64,000 bases of DNA from positions 79,734,001-79,798,000 of the forward strand of contig NC_087436.1 of NCBI RefSeq assembly GCF_036321535.1, read 5' to 3'. The first letter of the stretch is position 1, and the number at the start of each line of letters is the position of its first letter. This document shows, in pieces, positions 52,852 to 64,000 of the stretch. A model generated the notes under the pieces. It made no database searches. It worked only from the letters and a program-made list of their open reading frames with translations, and had not been told where the DNA came from. The translations under genes and the position numbers were made by a program. This DNA comes from Camelus dromedarius (Eukaryota).

Positions 52852-53044
52852 TATTCATTTAAAAAATATTTATTAAGCATCTGCTATGTGCCTGGCACCG
52901 CTGATGCTAAACAGATAAAGGATAAAATAGGGAGCCTGGTTTTAGAAAATCCTGTGTATGTCTACTAGGTTAATTTAAGCTAAGGCATAACTATATTCAT
53001 ATATCTATCTTTCAGGCATAATCATGGTCTTCATGGTTGATATG

Positions 53045-53215
53045 ATGATAGTGCCCATATTTATATGGGGCTTAATCCTAATAAAGTGTTCTTAAATATA
53101 TTTCATACGTGGCTTACAATTCCCTGAGAGGTAGGCAGGGCCTGTTGATTATTCCTAATCTATATTTGAGGGGGCTGAAGTTCACAAGGTGAAGTTCCTT
53201 TCCCTTGGGTCTCCT
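53045..53215 (-). mobile_element. MIR fragment
   Basis: cttacaattccctgagaggtaggcagg...gagggggctgaagttcacaaggtgaag. Confidence 0.6.
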
Positions 53216-54683
53216 GGAGTAATGCTCAGGAATGGTCCGACCCTGTGCCAATGACATCTGTAGAGGCCCCTCCCATTTTGTTTTTGATGCTCTATATCAA
53301 GCGAGGTATGAACTTTCCTTTATGTAAGCAATAGTCCTGGTCTTAAAGACCTTTTATTGCATTTATTTCCTTCAGTTGGGCCTGATGGAAGTCAGACTGA
53401 CTCTTAACTGCGTGGAGCCCCGGGAGCAGGCCCACTCCCCTCCTGACTCTGGCTGCCTCCGGAACTGCGGTGTGAGCAAATGAGGTAAGTACGAAATATT
53501 CCTGCACCACTGGCTCCGTGCTCTCCTCATATTCAATCATGAAGACTAATGAATCCGAGATGATTGCAGTGGTAAAAATCCCAATGCAGATTTTTGCTGT
53601 CCTTACTAATGAGAGAAAAATATAGTAGACCATTGGCCTAAAGGCTCCAGATGCGATTCCTTTGTAACTTAGAGTGCATTAAAAAAGCTTCAGTCAGCAA
53701 GATAAGTTAATTTTTTTATGACCTTTATAAACTCTTTTAGCCTGTATCTCAGGAGCTTCTCTTAAAGATTAAATTTTTAAAATCCTTTTAGCTCAGGCCG
53801 ACATAGCATCTGAGTCCTTTTTTTGCTTCAAAGGCTATGTCCAAAATCTATAAAGAAATTCTGTTCTTGACAATTATTGTCAAAGTAATGATTAGGTAAC
53901 ATGTCATTTTTAGTTTTTACTGTTCTTGCCTCTATGATAGTAATCCAATAGAGCTCACGTCTTCTTAATGTAAAAGTTGTGTAAAAGATGCATCACTCCC
54001 AGCTGACTTTGCCTACATTTGCAAATTCTTGAAAAAGCAAATTGAATTGTCACTGGTAGCACTTCTTTCATGTGACGATCGTTGGGTTAAAGTGGGGATG
54101 TGGGGCATAGATATCAAGACTTCATCAAAAGAAAAAAAAAAAACCCTCACTCTAAGAACTATAAAGTCGTATTAATCTGTATTAAGTCCGTGGGCTTTGG
54201 TTGACCTCATGGCACAGTTACCCAGACATGATGGGTGTAATTTTGCAGGGGGAGGAATGTTAGAGGAATATGAGGGCTGTTCATTAATGGCATCACAGAT
54301 TTAATTTATTGCACAAAACACATCATTTCTTCTAATCTCTTTGGTTGTAGGGTATCTGTTTCTTTTAACACTGTTTTTGACTGGCTTGATTGGTGACTGC
54401 AAGAGTCATCATCCTAGGCATCTGTCACTACTCCTATTACATCTAACCTACTGACCCAGAAAATCTGTGGTTGACACAATTGATTTCTCCATAAGATTCA
54501 GTCAGCATTTATTTTATGTTTGACATCCACCTACAAGGTCCCACAAAAACTCAGTTCCTACATCTGTGTCAGAGAAACATAGCCCTTTATAAAAGGTGCA
54601 TATCCTGAAGTGAGGGGCTGGAGCAAAACATGAGTCTTGATTGAATGATTCACTGAAGTAATTGAACTTATTAAGATAGATAT

Positions 54684-55639
54684 GTAGGTTTAATTAGGTC
54701 CCATTTGTTAATTTTTGCTCTTACTTCTATTGCTTGGTTAGACAGCCCTAGGAGAACATAGCTGTGGTTTATATCAGAAAATGTTTTGCCTATGATTCTT
54801 CTAAGAGGTTTATAGTGTCATCTTATTGTTTAAATCTTTAAGCCATTTTAAATTTATTTTTATATATGGTGTGAGGGAGTATTCTAACTTCATTAATTTA
54901 CATACAGCTTTCCAGTCCAGTTTTCTCAACACCATTTGCTGAAGAGACTGTCTTTACTCCTAAAAATAGACTTAACCTATGACCCAGCAATCCCACACCT
55001 GGGCATATATCCAGAGGGAACCTTAATTCAAAAAGGTACATGCACCCCAATGTTCATAGCAGCACTATTTACAATAACCAAGACAAGGAAACAACCTAAA
55101 TGTCCATCGACAGATGACTGGGTAAAGAAGTTGTGGTATATTTATATAATGGAATACTACTCAGCCATAAAAATAATAAAATAATGTCATTTGCAGCAAC
55201 ATAGGTGGACCTGGAGATCATCATTCTAAGTGAAGTAAGCCAGAAAGAGAAAGAAAAATACCATATGATATCACTTATATATGGAATCTAAAAAAAAAAA
55301 AAAAAGACAAACAAACTTATTTATAAAACAGAAACAGACTCACAGACATAGAAAACAAACTTATGATTACCAGGAGGAGAAGGGGGTGGAAGGGATAAAT
55401 TGGGAATTCCAGATTTACCGACACTAGCCACTATATATAAAATAGATAAACAACAAGTTCATACTATATAGCATGAGAAACTATATTCAATATCTTGGAG
55501 TAACTTACGGTGAAAAAGAATATGAAAACAAGTATATATATATTCATGCATGACTGAAGCATTATGCTGTACACCAGCAATTGACACAACACTGTAAACT
55601 GACTATACTTCAATTAAAAAAAATATATATATACACAAA
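54684..55639 (+). mobile_element. Lineage-specific L1 with 5' inversion (antisense 54684-54960, sense 54961-55639)
   Basis: Sense part encodes the L1 ORF2 C-terminus (YDPAIPHLGIYP...MFIAALFTI...QPKCPS...EYYSAIK). Antisense part encodes KDSLFSKW and KWDLI. TSD aagatagatat at 54673-54683 and 55640-55650; tt|aaga nick site. Confidence 0.93.
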
Positions 55640-55720
55640 AAGATAGATATATATGAGCTTTAGTGACTAGGCCCTGAGAACATGAGTGCCAACCTTATGT
55701 GAGTTTTGCCTTTGGAAATA

Positions 55721-55778
55721 ACACCACCATCACCACTACCACCACCACCTACTACTACTAATGTTGCTGCTGCTGCTA
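55721..55778. repeat. Compound (CCA)n/(CTA)n/(GCT)n trinucleotide tract
   Basis: accaccatcaccactaccaccaccacctactactacta...gctgctgctgct. Confidence 0.85.
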
Positions 55779-58700
55779 GTACTAAAATAAAGAGAAAGGC
55801 TCAAGTTACAGGATTTATATTTGCCCCATGTTACTTTTTCTCTGTCCGTCTTGGAATCCCTTCTCCCTCGCTCCAGAAAGCATCTTGGTTTCAAACTAGA
55901 ATACACAAACCACATGCTTTAAATAGAAGCTTGACAGTTATCTATTACTTTCCATCTATATCTCTATGCAACCTCATTATATAAAAAGGTTACATGATTT
56001 TTTTTCTCAAGGCATATAGATAATTAAGTGCCAGATTCAGAATTCAACCTCAATTGTTTATCTTATAAATAAATTGACGTCTTCCTGTATATCCTAAAAT
56101 CTAATGATCTGACTTGATCATGCATCATGCCATGAATTTTGCTGAGAAATGAGCAATGGGAAGGAACATGAAGGTCTGTATAAAATTGCAGTAGTGGTCT
56201 TTGCTTACTGAATTCACATATCTAGGTAGGTTAAATTATTTTTCTTTTTTATCTCATTAGCTGAGACTTCTCAGTTTGGCTGAGCTTCAGGTCTAATCAG
56301 TCTAATCTAATATTTAAGACTTTTCAGTATTTTTCTAGTAATCAACATCAATATTTTATCTTCATTTTCAGGAGTTTGATGGTAATAAGCCAGGGCCACA
56401 TTTTCTAGAGAACTTCTCTTTCTAATTTACCATAGAACAATATACAATGTTTCATTAACCATATACATGACTGGCCAGAAAGCTCTTAAAGTGAATATCC
56501 TTTTAAATTTCTTCTCATTCTACTAAGTGTTGTTTCTACACCACAACAAGAAATGGTGAGTGTAATGATTTTGGAGAGAAAGCAGCATCACTAGTTTTAT
56601 TGAAGATGAAACACTTCCAGGGATCTTGAGGCTGACTTTGGCTACAGTGCCACCATGAAAGACCTGAAGATCATTATTTACTAGAAATAAAGGAACAAGG
56701 CAGAAATCGATTACTACGACAATAGATTTATGTTTCCATTGCTCTCTATATACATCTCTATTTGTCCTAACTTCATGGGGAAGATATTTAATACATAATG
56801 GAAGGAGGCTGTTGCTTTTGATTTATTTTTTGTTTATTATTTTTGGCATTCCATGGAGAAATTCTGGAAATCAATACTGTTTGTGTGTGTGTCTGTGTAT
56901 TCCGGGCACAGCGTAGGTTAAAAGGTTCTGAAGGAAAGGAAACTTCCTCTACTTGCTGAGTACTCTTTTAATAAGTAAATTATATTATGCACTCATTGAA
57001 GAGAGCTGATTTTCTTTATATGTTTTACATGAGATTTTGAGCACAGATACAAAGGCTAATTTAGCCATAATCTCAGCAAGATAATGCTTTGTAGTGTTTA
57101 AGTTTTTAGACTGTCTCCCCTTTTCTAGAGCCCATGCAGTGCCTCTCACTAATCCTAGCTAATTTTCTTTTTAGCAATTTATTAAAGAGTTAGGATATAT
57201 CTTAGATCCATGTGATGGATGAAGGCACAAATGCAGAGATGTATGGAATTTTACATTTATTTTGAATGAATAAGTAGATGGTTGATGATGTATAAAAGAT
57301 AAGACGGACTCCTGTAAAAATACTTTATAATTGAGCACTTGGCCTTAAAAAAAGACAGAAGTAGAGTCAATCAGCATGAATTTGTCAAAGCTATGTAAAC
57401 AGAAAATTGTATTTAAAGGTAGGCAGGGATGTATTTTTCTGTTTCACAAATTTATGACAGTTAGATAGAAACACAGAATAGAATGCATGCAAAGAGAATG
57501 AAAATAATGACTGCTCAGTGTTAAATAATTGTAGAAGAGAGTGGATAGAGCTGGAATACTCTTAAGGACCCTTGAAAAACCTAACAAAAAATAGGTATTT
57601 GACCCAGATTGTTTTTTATTTTTGAAAACAGTGGAGTGACATGGTTAAAAGTGTGCAGATTAAGGCCTAACCTGTGTCCGGGGAACCCTGAGAGGTACTT
57701 AGGTCAAGTCTTGGCACTGCAAGTTTACAAGTGAGGAGACAAATTCAGAGAAGTTGCATAACAGCATTAACAGAGACATAAAACACATATTTTAGGGATG
57801 GCAATTGATAACCAGCAGCAATAAGTAAGTTCCCTTTTGGATTTGTTGAATGTTAGATGTAAAGGAACAGGCTCCTTAATGAAACTCAAACACAGAACCC
57901 TTCCTGTCTTGAGCAGATATGAGAACCGGAAGTAGAATTTCAGGCACAGGGGCTGCTTATCACTTGTCCCTGACCTGACCCTCAGTTTTACCTTCTCATG
58001 GACTTGACCTTCTCGTGAGGTTTCCTCATGTGGAACCCCTTGGCCACCTCTGGGCCAAGGGCCCCTGTAAAATCTACTACCCAAGCATGAACAGACCCTT
58101 AGACTTGGTAACCTCTAGCCAAGATGAGAAAGTCTTGGTTTTCAAAATTAAGGCCACTAAATACTAAAGACATAAGAAAAATAAAGAGAATTTATGAATT
58201 GATACTAAAAAGAATGGGTTTTTGACTCCATTCTAGCTAACTTGTTCCCAAGTCTTAGATTTTTGCCTCAATATATATCTTGTTTTCTAGGATAGCTACA
58301 GTCAGAGAAGTCAAGTACACCCTCTCTGAAATTTTTCCTGATATCTTGCCTTTCCAGCTGCTAACTTATTTTCACTCAGTGGACCCTGTTGTGATTTCTA
58401 CCACTTGAGAACTGGTTCTTGGTAATATTGCCCTTTTTTTTTTTTTTTTTCAGTTCAAGGATCAGTAAAATTTCAAATTGACTCTTCCTACCCTGAAGTC
58501 CTGGTTTCTTGTCTGAGAGACTGCTTTACTGTTGGCTGATTGTTAGGACTGTGGTGTTGACCCTCTTTCCTCAAAGTATGATAATTCCATAACAATATAC
58601 TCAGTAAAAAACTCACTATTAACTATAATGGGAGGAAACTTTCTTTTGCTCAGTGCCAGTGTGCTAGATATAGAGGTCCAAAGAAAATTAGGAATGTGAA

Positions 58701-59111
58701 TTTGGGGTTTAGGAACAGGAGTTATGTATTCAGTATTTCTCATGATATAGACATAAGTCAGAGTGATTGGCACAGTTAAGATTTCCCTGGGGGAGTATTA
58801 ATAATAAAATGCAGGCAGAGGGCAAAATCCTGAGAAATAATAAGGATAGGGGATTGCTAGAAGACTGAGACAAGCAGAGCTGGAGCGAGTAGCAGTGTTG
58901 TAGAAATAGTGTAGTAAACGCCACATCACAGTCAGGCAGCATCAGGATTATAAAGGTCCACTGGGTTGTCCTCTGGAGATAATTGGTAATCTTTGCATAA
59001 ACAATTTCTAAGGCTAGGTGAGAGCTATAAGGTTGCTTGGAACTTTCTTTATCAAAATGACTCCTATTTGAAAATTAGTCAACATTTTTAACTAAGATTT
59101 TTAAAAAAATT

Positions 59112-59650
59112 ATATATTTTTATTGAAGTATAGTCAGTTTACAATGTTATGTCAGTTTCTGATGTACAGCACAGTACTTCATTCGTTCATAAACATGCAT
59201 ATATTCGTTTTCATATTGTTTTTCACCTTAAGTTTCTACAATATATTAAATATAATTCCCTGTGCTATACAGTATAAACTTGTTGTTTATCTATTTTATA
59301 TATATTAGTATCTGCAAATCTCGAACTCCCAATTTATCCCTTCCCACCCCTTCCCCACCGTAACCATAAGTTTGTTTTCTATGTCTGTGAGTCTGCTTCT
59401 GTTTTGTAAATAAGTTCCTTTGTATCTTTTTTTTTTTTTTTTTTAGATTCCACATATGAGTGATATGTGGTATTTTTCTTTCTCTTTTTGGCTTATTTCA
59501 CTTAGAATGACATTCTCCAGGTCCATCCATGTTGCTGCAAATGGCATTATTTTATTCTTTTTTATGGATGAGTAGTATTCCATTGCATAAATATACTACA
59601 GATTCTTTATCCAATCATCTGTCAATGGACATTTAGGCTGTTTCCTTGTC
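59112..59650 (-). mobile_element. 5'-truncated lineage-specific L1, related to the 54961-55639 copy
   Basis: ttattgaagtatagtcagtttacaatg...cacttagaatgacattctccaggtccatccatgttgctgcaaatgg...ggacatttaggctgtttccttgtc; no clear TSD. Confidence 0.92.
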
Positions 59651-59769
59651 CACTAATTCAGAATACATTATTTATCTATCACCCACCAGTCCCTCAAGTT
59701 GGTTTAATTTGCATGTCTAGGGACACTCTTTCTATGTTTTGCTTTTATCATGAATGTTACTAAAAAAAA

Positions 59770-59975
59770 TAGCCACCAAATACTAAGTATTTACTATGTG
59801 CATATATTGTGATTACATGGATTATTTTATTTGATTCTCTCACACACAAAACAACCCACAGGAATTGTTATGCCCATTTTATGGAGTAGAAAACTGAGAT
59901 TCTGTTCTGAGGTGGCAGGACAAGGGCTTGAATCTGGGTACCTTTGTAAGTTCTTGAGCTCAACCACTACTTATA
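59770..59975 (-). mobile_element. MIR SINE
   Basis: actaagtatttactatgtgc...ttatgcccattttatggagtagaaaactgaga. Confidence 0.78.
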
Positions 59976-62970
59976 CTGTTCCCTAATTATTTATATGATC
60001 AACTGTTAATACAATATGCCCTACACTTTTAAGTTGTGGTCCTTGGCTTGTGATTATTCAGCTTTCAAATTCGGTGCAATAAAAAATTTAGATATAATAA
60101 GTATTGCAATTTTGTTCTTAAGCTGTGCATGCATCTCCATTAATCTTAAATAATTGAGATGCTTTTAAAAAAGATCTTAGGTACTCTATCTACTACTTTT
60201 TGAAATGTCAAGCTACGAGTAATAGAACATTGTATGATATATTAAAGCATTCCGGAAATCAAGTTTTAAGTTCAGAACAATCACATATTTTAAGGAACAA
60301 AATGATGATTACTAGTATTTTCCCCAGCAAGTAGGAAATTCCAAATTCCTTCTGTTGCTATTTATATTACTATGCATAAGATTCTACCCAATAGAAAGAT
60401 ACATTTTTAAAAACAAATGCACTTTAATACACTTTGGAATATATTGGTTTGTTCACCTTACTCCATTTTAAGCACTAAAATAGCCTAGCTGTGGGTATGT
60501 TACATGATCCCATCATTTCCTAATCTCTGATTTACATTTTCAATGAGAGAAGTTTAAAGGTTTTAGGAAAGAGTGATATACAAATCTAAGTAATGAAAAT
60601 CCCAAATTTCTGAATGTTTCTGATGTTTTGAAATGTTCCCCTCATGTGGATATAAGAGATGAAGGTGTATTTATTGGAAAATAGGATCTCATAGGCCAAA
60701 TGTCCAAATCACAACCATGTTGAAAATGTTTCCTAGCCTACTAAAATCAGAGTAGTTGGAGGAGTAAAAGTTTGGTAGGTAAAAGAAAAAGCTATCAGAG
60801 CAGAATGTCTTCTTTATTTACTCTGTAGCTAAAGAAAAGCTATTAGAGCAGAATGTTGACCAGAGTCCTGCTAAATAAATATATCACACACGAGCAGATC
60901 TTCCACTGCCCTCTGCGTGGCATTGAGGTCCACCTATTGGGAGTGTATCGGTTCTCGTTTGAACTGTGCAATCATAGTTCTAAAACATGCACTAAAAGAG
61001 CCTTATATATCTTAGCCACACACAATAAAAGAAAAGTTGCCCTGACTTTATACAAAATCAATAGACAATGTCTTCTGAATAAAAATCAGGCATTCTTGGA
61101 AATAAAATTTTCTACTCCATATTCACTTTCTTCATCTTCATCAATGCTCTGCACCTTCAGCTACAAATTGTAGGTATTTCTCAGCCTGCAGTACAATTGC
61201 TTTCTTGCAAATCTCTTTTCAGGCCAGAGGCAGATCAGCAATAGGGCTCTGATAAGAGCAAATGACTGGGTTCTGAAACTCCTAGACCTCTGAAACTCGC
61301 CCAAAGCAGATGAGTACCAGCCCAAGCCCCATCGTAGAACACACTGACAGCTGTCAGAGGGCCGACGTGAAAGTGCTGCTTGGGGCAAATGTCCCTCGGC
61401 TGTATGAATGCGGTCCTTTCTTGTGGGAGGCTGAAAACCCCGGGGCTTGCCGAGCTCCCGGGGGATGTGAACAGACCTGTCAGGTTGCCTGCGTCCTTCT
61501 TCCATCCCTACCACACGTGGGGTGCTTTCAGGCTGCAGAAGCTCTGAAAACACCAGAACTGGATTCCAACATTTATCAATAACAAGTTATAGCTGATATA
61601 TAGCTTTCTGGAAAAGAGTAGGAATCCACTGAAGCCTAACAATGCAGCTCCTACAAAGGTTTTTCCAGGACTGGGATCAATGTCATCGGTGAAATTTATG
61701 GGGAGCCTTGAACCTCTCTGAGATGCAGGGGGCATTCTCTGCAACCTTTCTTGGATCCCATCAATTATGGTCTAATGAGGTCTTTCCTGCCACAGGAAAA
61801 GCCTCTCATTCTGACTCTCTCAGTGGACCTGTACTAATAAAAACATCTGTTTCTTTATTCCAAGTGCAGCCCACTGAGGGAGAGGTCTCCAGAGGCTTCA
61901 CTGACTTACCTATCAGGTTCTGACAAATCCCTGTGGTTTCCCTCCCTGGGTCTGTTTGCTCAAGTGAACCTTGAGGGCCAGACCATAGTTGCTGAGATCT
62001 CTCTGAGGTAAAAAACCTGTCCATAAAGTATTTCACGTTCCCTGCATGTTTAAAACCCACATAACAGACATATTAGACTGAATACTGTGGCAGCAAAGCG
62101 TGTTTATGGAAACAACCCAAAGTTGTATAGGAGAGGTGTGGACTGTGGTATGTTGAATACAGGTTTGCTCTAAATTGTTGGTCTCCTCATCAACGGTAGG
62201 GGTGGGTGCAGAACTGTGGGTGTTGAGGCCTTTGACTGCTCTTCGGGTCGATTCTAGTTCATCTTGATGGTGCCCTCAAGGTTGACTTTAGTATAAACTA
62301 AACTTATTAAAGACCATCTCCTTGAGAGGCAGATCCAGGGTCACTCTTCGGAAATTATTGATGGATTCCAGCTTCCCTGAGAAAGAACTCAATCATTTAG
62401 GGAACATAGATTTTATTTACATGATGTACACATACAATAGACACTCACACACTTCCACATTTATACGCACACTTGTCCTTGTAAAGGTACAAATATTATA
62501 CACATACACGTGTGTATGAATTCCCATGAGTTTTCAGAAAGATGTTTTAGGAATGTTACATTTTAGGAATAATACATCATTACTTGTCATGCTTTTTCTC
62601 TGGATGAATAATGCTTTATTTTCTTAATGTGATCATCGAGGCCTTAGGTCAGTAATGGGCTGCAGACAGAAGCCAGACTTCCTTCTAAGACTTAATTCAC
62701 ATCTTTGATTCACAAAGATGTCTCAGACTGCAATGCAGGCCTCTGAAGTAGTCTGGTTCGGGAGAAAATCTAGCTGGGATGAAATGGGAAGCTCCCACTT
62801 CATCAAGGCACAATCTGTCCTTTACTATCCTTAAACATCCTGATTGCTAGTTACTCTACTGTGGATCTTACACTTTTCAACATTAATAATTTTGGTGTCA
62901 AATTTAATATCATGAAGGCTTTATTAAATGACACAATGGTGAAGACATAGGTGAAGCCAGTCTAAGTACC

Positions 62971-63372
62971 TGTGTAATTTCCTATGGCTGCTGTAACATT
63001 ACCACAGACTGGGCGGCTTAACACAACAAAAATGCCTTCTCTCACTGTCTGGAGGCTGGGAGTCTGAGATCGAGGTGTCAGCAGTGCTGTGCTCTCTCTG
63101 AAGGCTCTAGAGGAGAGTGTGTTCCATGCCTTTCTCTTAGCATTGGTGCTGCTGGCAATCCACAGGGTGCCTTTGGTGTTGTCCCTGTGTCTGCCTGTCT
63201 TCTCTCATTATGAGGGCACCAGTCATTCTGAATTAAGGGCTCAACCTAGTCCAGTATAACCGCATCTTAACTAATTACATCATCAGTGACCTTGTTTATC
63301 CAAATAAGATCACAGTCTGAGGTTCCAGGAAGGGCATGAGTTTTGGAGGGATGCTATCCAACTCAACTCAGT
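62971..63372 (-). mobile_element. MLT1C-like LTR with internal deletion
   Basis: tttcctatggctgctgtaacattaccacagactgggcggctta...tctggaggctgggagtctgagatcgaggtgtcagcag...ccaaataagatcacagtctgagg. Confidence 0.9.
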
Positions 63373-63509
63373 ACCTAAGGGGGTATTATGGTCCTTCATT
63401 GAAACACTCCTTAATGCATCAAGTTAATGTAAGAACTTGTTACTTAGAAGAAAATAGGAAAGGTAAATATTGGGTGGAAGCAAGATGAGGAAATTAAAAA
63501 TGTCAAAAA

Positions 63510-63713
63510 CAGTCATGTTCAATGCAGTAGCCACTAGCCACCTGTGACTATTTAAATTTGAATGAATCAAAATTAAAATGAAAACTTCAGTGTCTCAGTC
63601 TCACTAGATACATTTCAGATGCTTGATAGCCACGTATGACTAGGAACTATCCATTGGACAACACAGAAATAGAACATTTCCATCATTCTATGAAGTTCTT
63701 TTGGACAGTTCTG
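63510..63713 (+). mobile_element. MER3/MER33-like hAT-Charlie element
   Basis: gtagccactagccacctgtgactatttaaattt...ttggacaacacagaaatagaacatttccatca...ttggacag. Confidence 0.88.
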
Positions 63714-64000
63714 GCCTAGAACCCATTGTGCATAAATTCTATGGTGGAGGTTCTCAGGAAAGGTGAAGGTAGGAGAAAGGCCTGGGAGTAACGTTGTAGT
63801 GGAAAGGTAACTCTAAAAGAGTGGGTGAAGGTGAGGCAAAGCATTTATATTATTATATGTTGTGTGAGGGAACTCAACCTCTGGTTATGGCTCTCATATC
63901 TTGACCCTAATATTTTGTCTTGCGGAGAGCAGGTACTCACAAAATATTTGTTGATCCATTGAAGGAAAAGATGAATACTTCAGTCAGGATGGACTGGTGT

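Noticed and set aside
54936..55184. 82-aa ORF with clear protein homology
   Set aside because: L1 ORF2 C-terminal remnant fused across an inversion junction; not a host gene.
1..64000. CRISPR arrays, operons, tRNA/rRNA/snRNA genes, known miRNAs, processed pseudogenes
   Set aside because: No repeat-spacer periodicity or recognisable RNA or mRNA-derived sequence found by eye. An Rfam/Infernal and BLASTX search would be needed to exclude them formally.

Overview
Non-coding mammalian genomic DNA (intergenic or deep intronic), AT-rich and CpG-poor. I find no credible protein-coding gene, RNA gene or prokaryotic feature; the ORFs are short and many come from repeats or low-complexity sequence. Much of the window is ancient eutherian repeats: MIR, L2, L1M, MLT1, LTR33/LTR50-like ERVL LTRs, MER34/39/41-like ERV1 LTRs, and hAT elements MER20, MER3/33, MER102 and MER103C. 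There are also three younger L1 3' ends. Their UTRs look cetartiodactyl, probably camelid; this is inferred from recalled sequence and from seeing no Alu, B1, Bov-A2/tA, PRE1 or CAN SINEs. The best-supported observations are an L1 with a 62-nt 3' transduction inside a 15-bp TSD, an L1 with a twin-priming inversion, two L1 copies truncated at almost the same base, a composite double LTR inside one TSD, and a cluster of four AP-1/ARE sites. More speculative are a CpG-rich old LTR and several strong splice-site pairs that could form a spliced lncRNA or smORF transcript. Family names are from memory of consensus sequences, and boundaries without TSDs are approximate. I cannot claim a new biological system.
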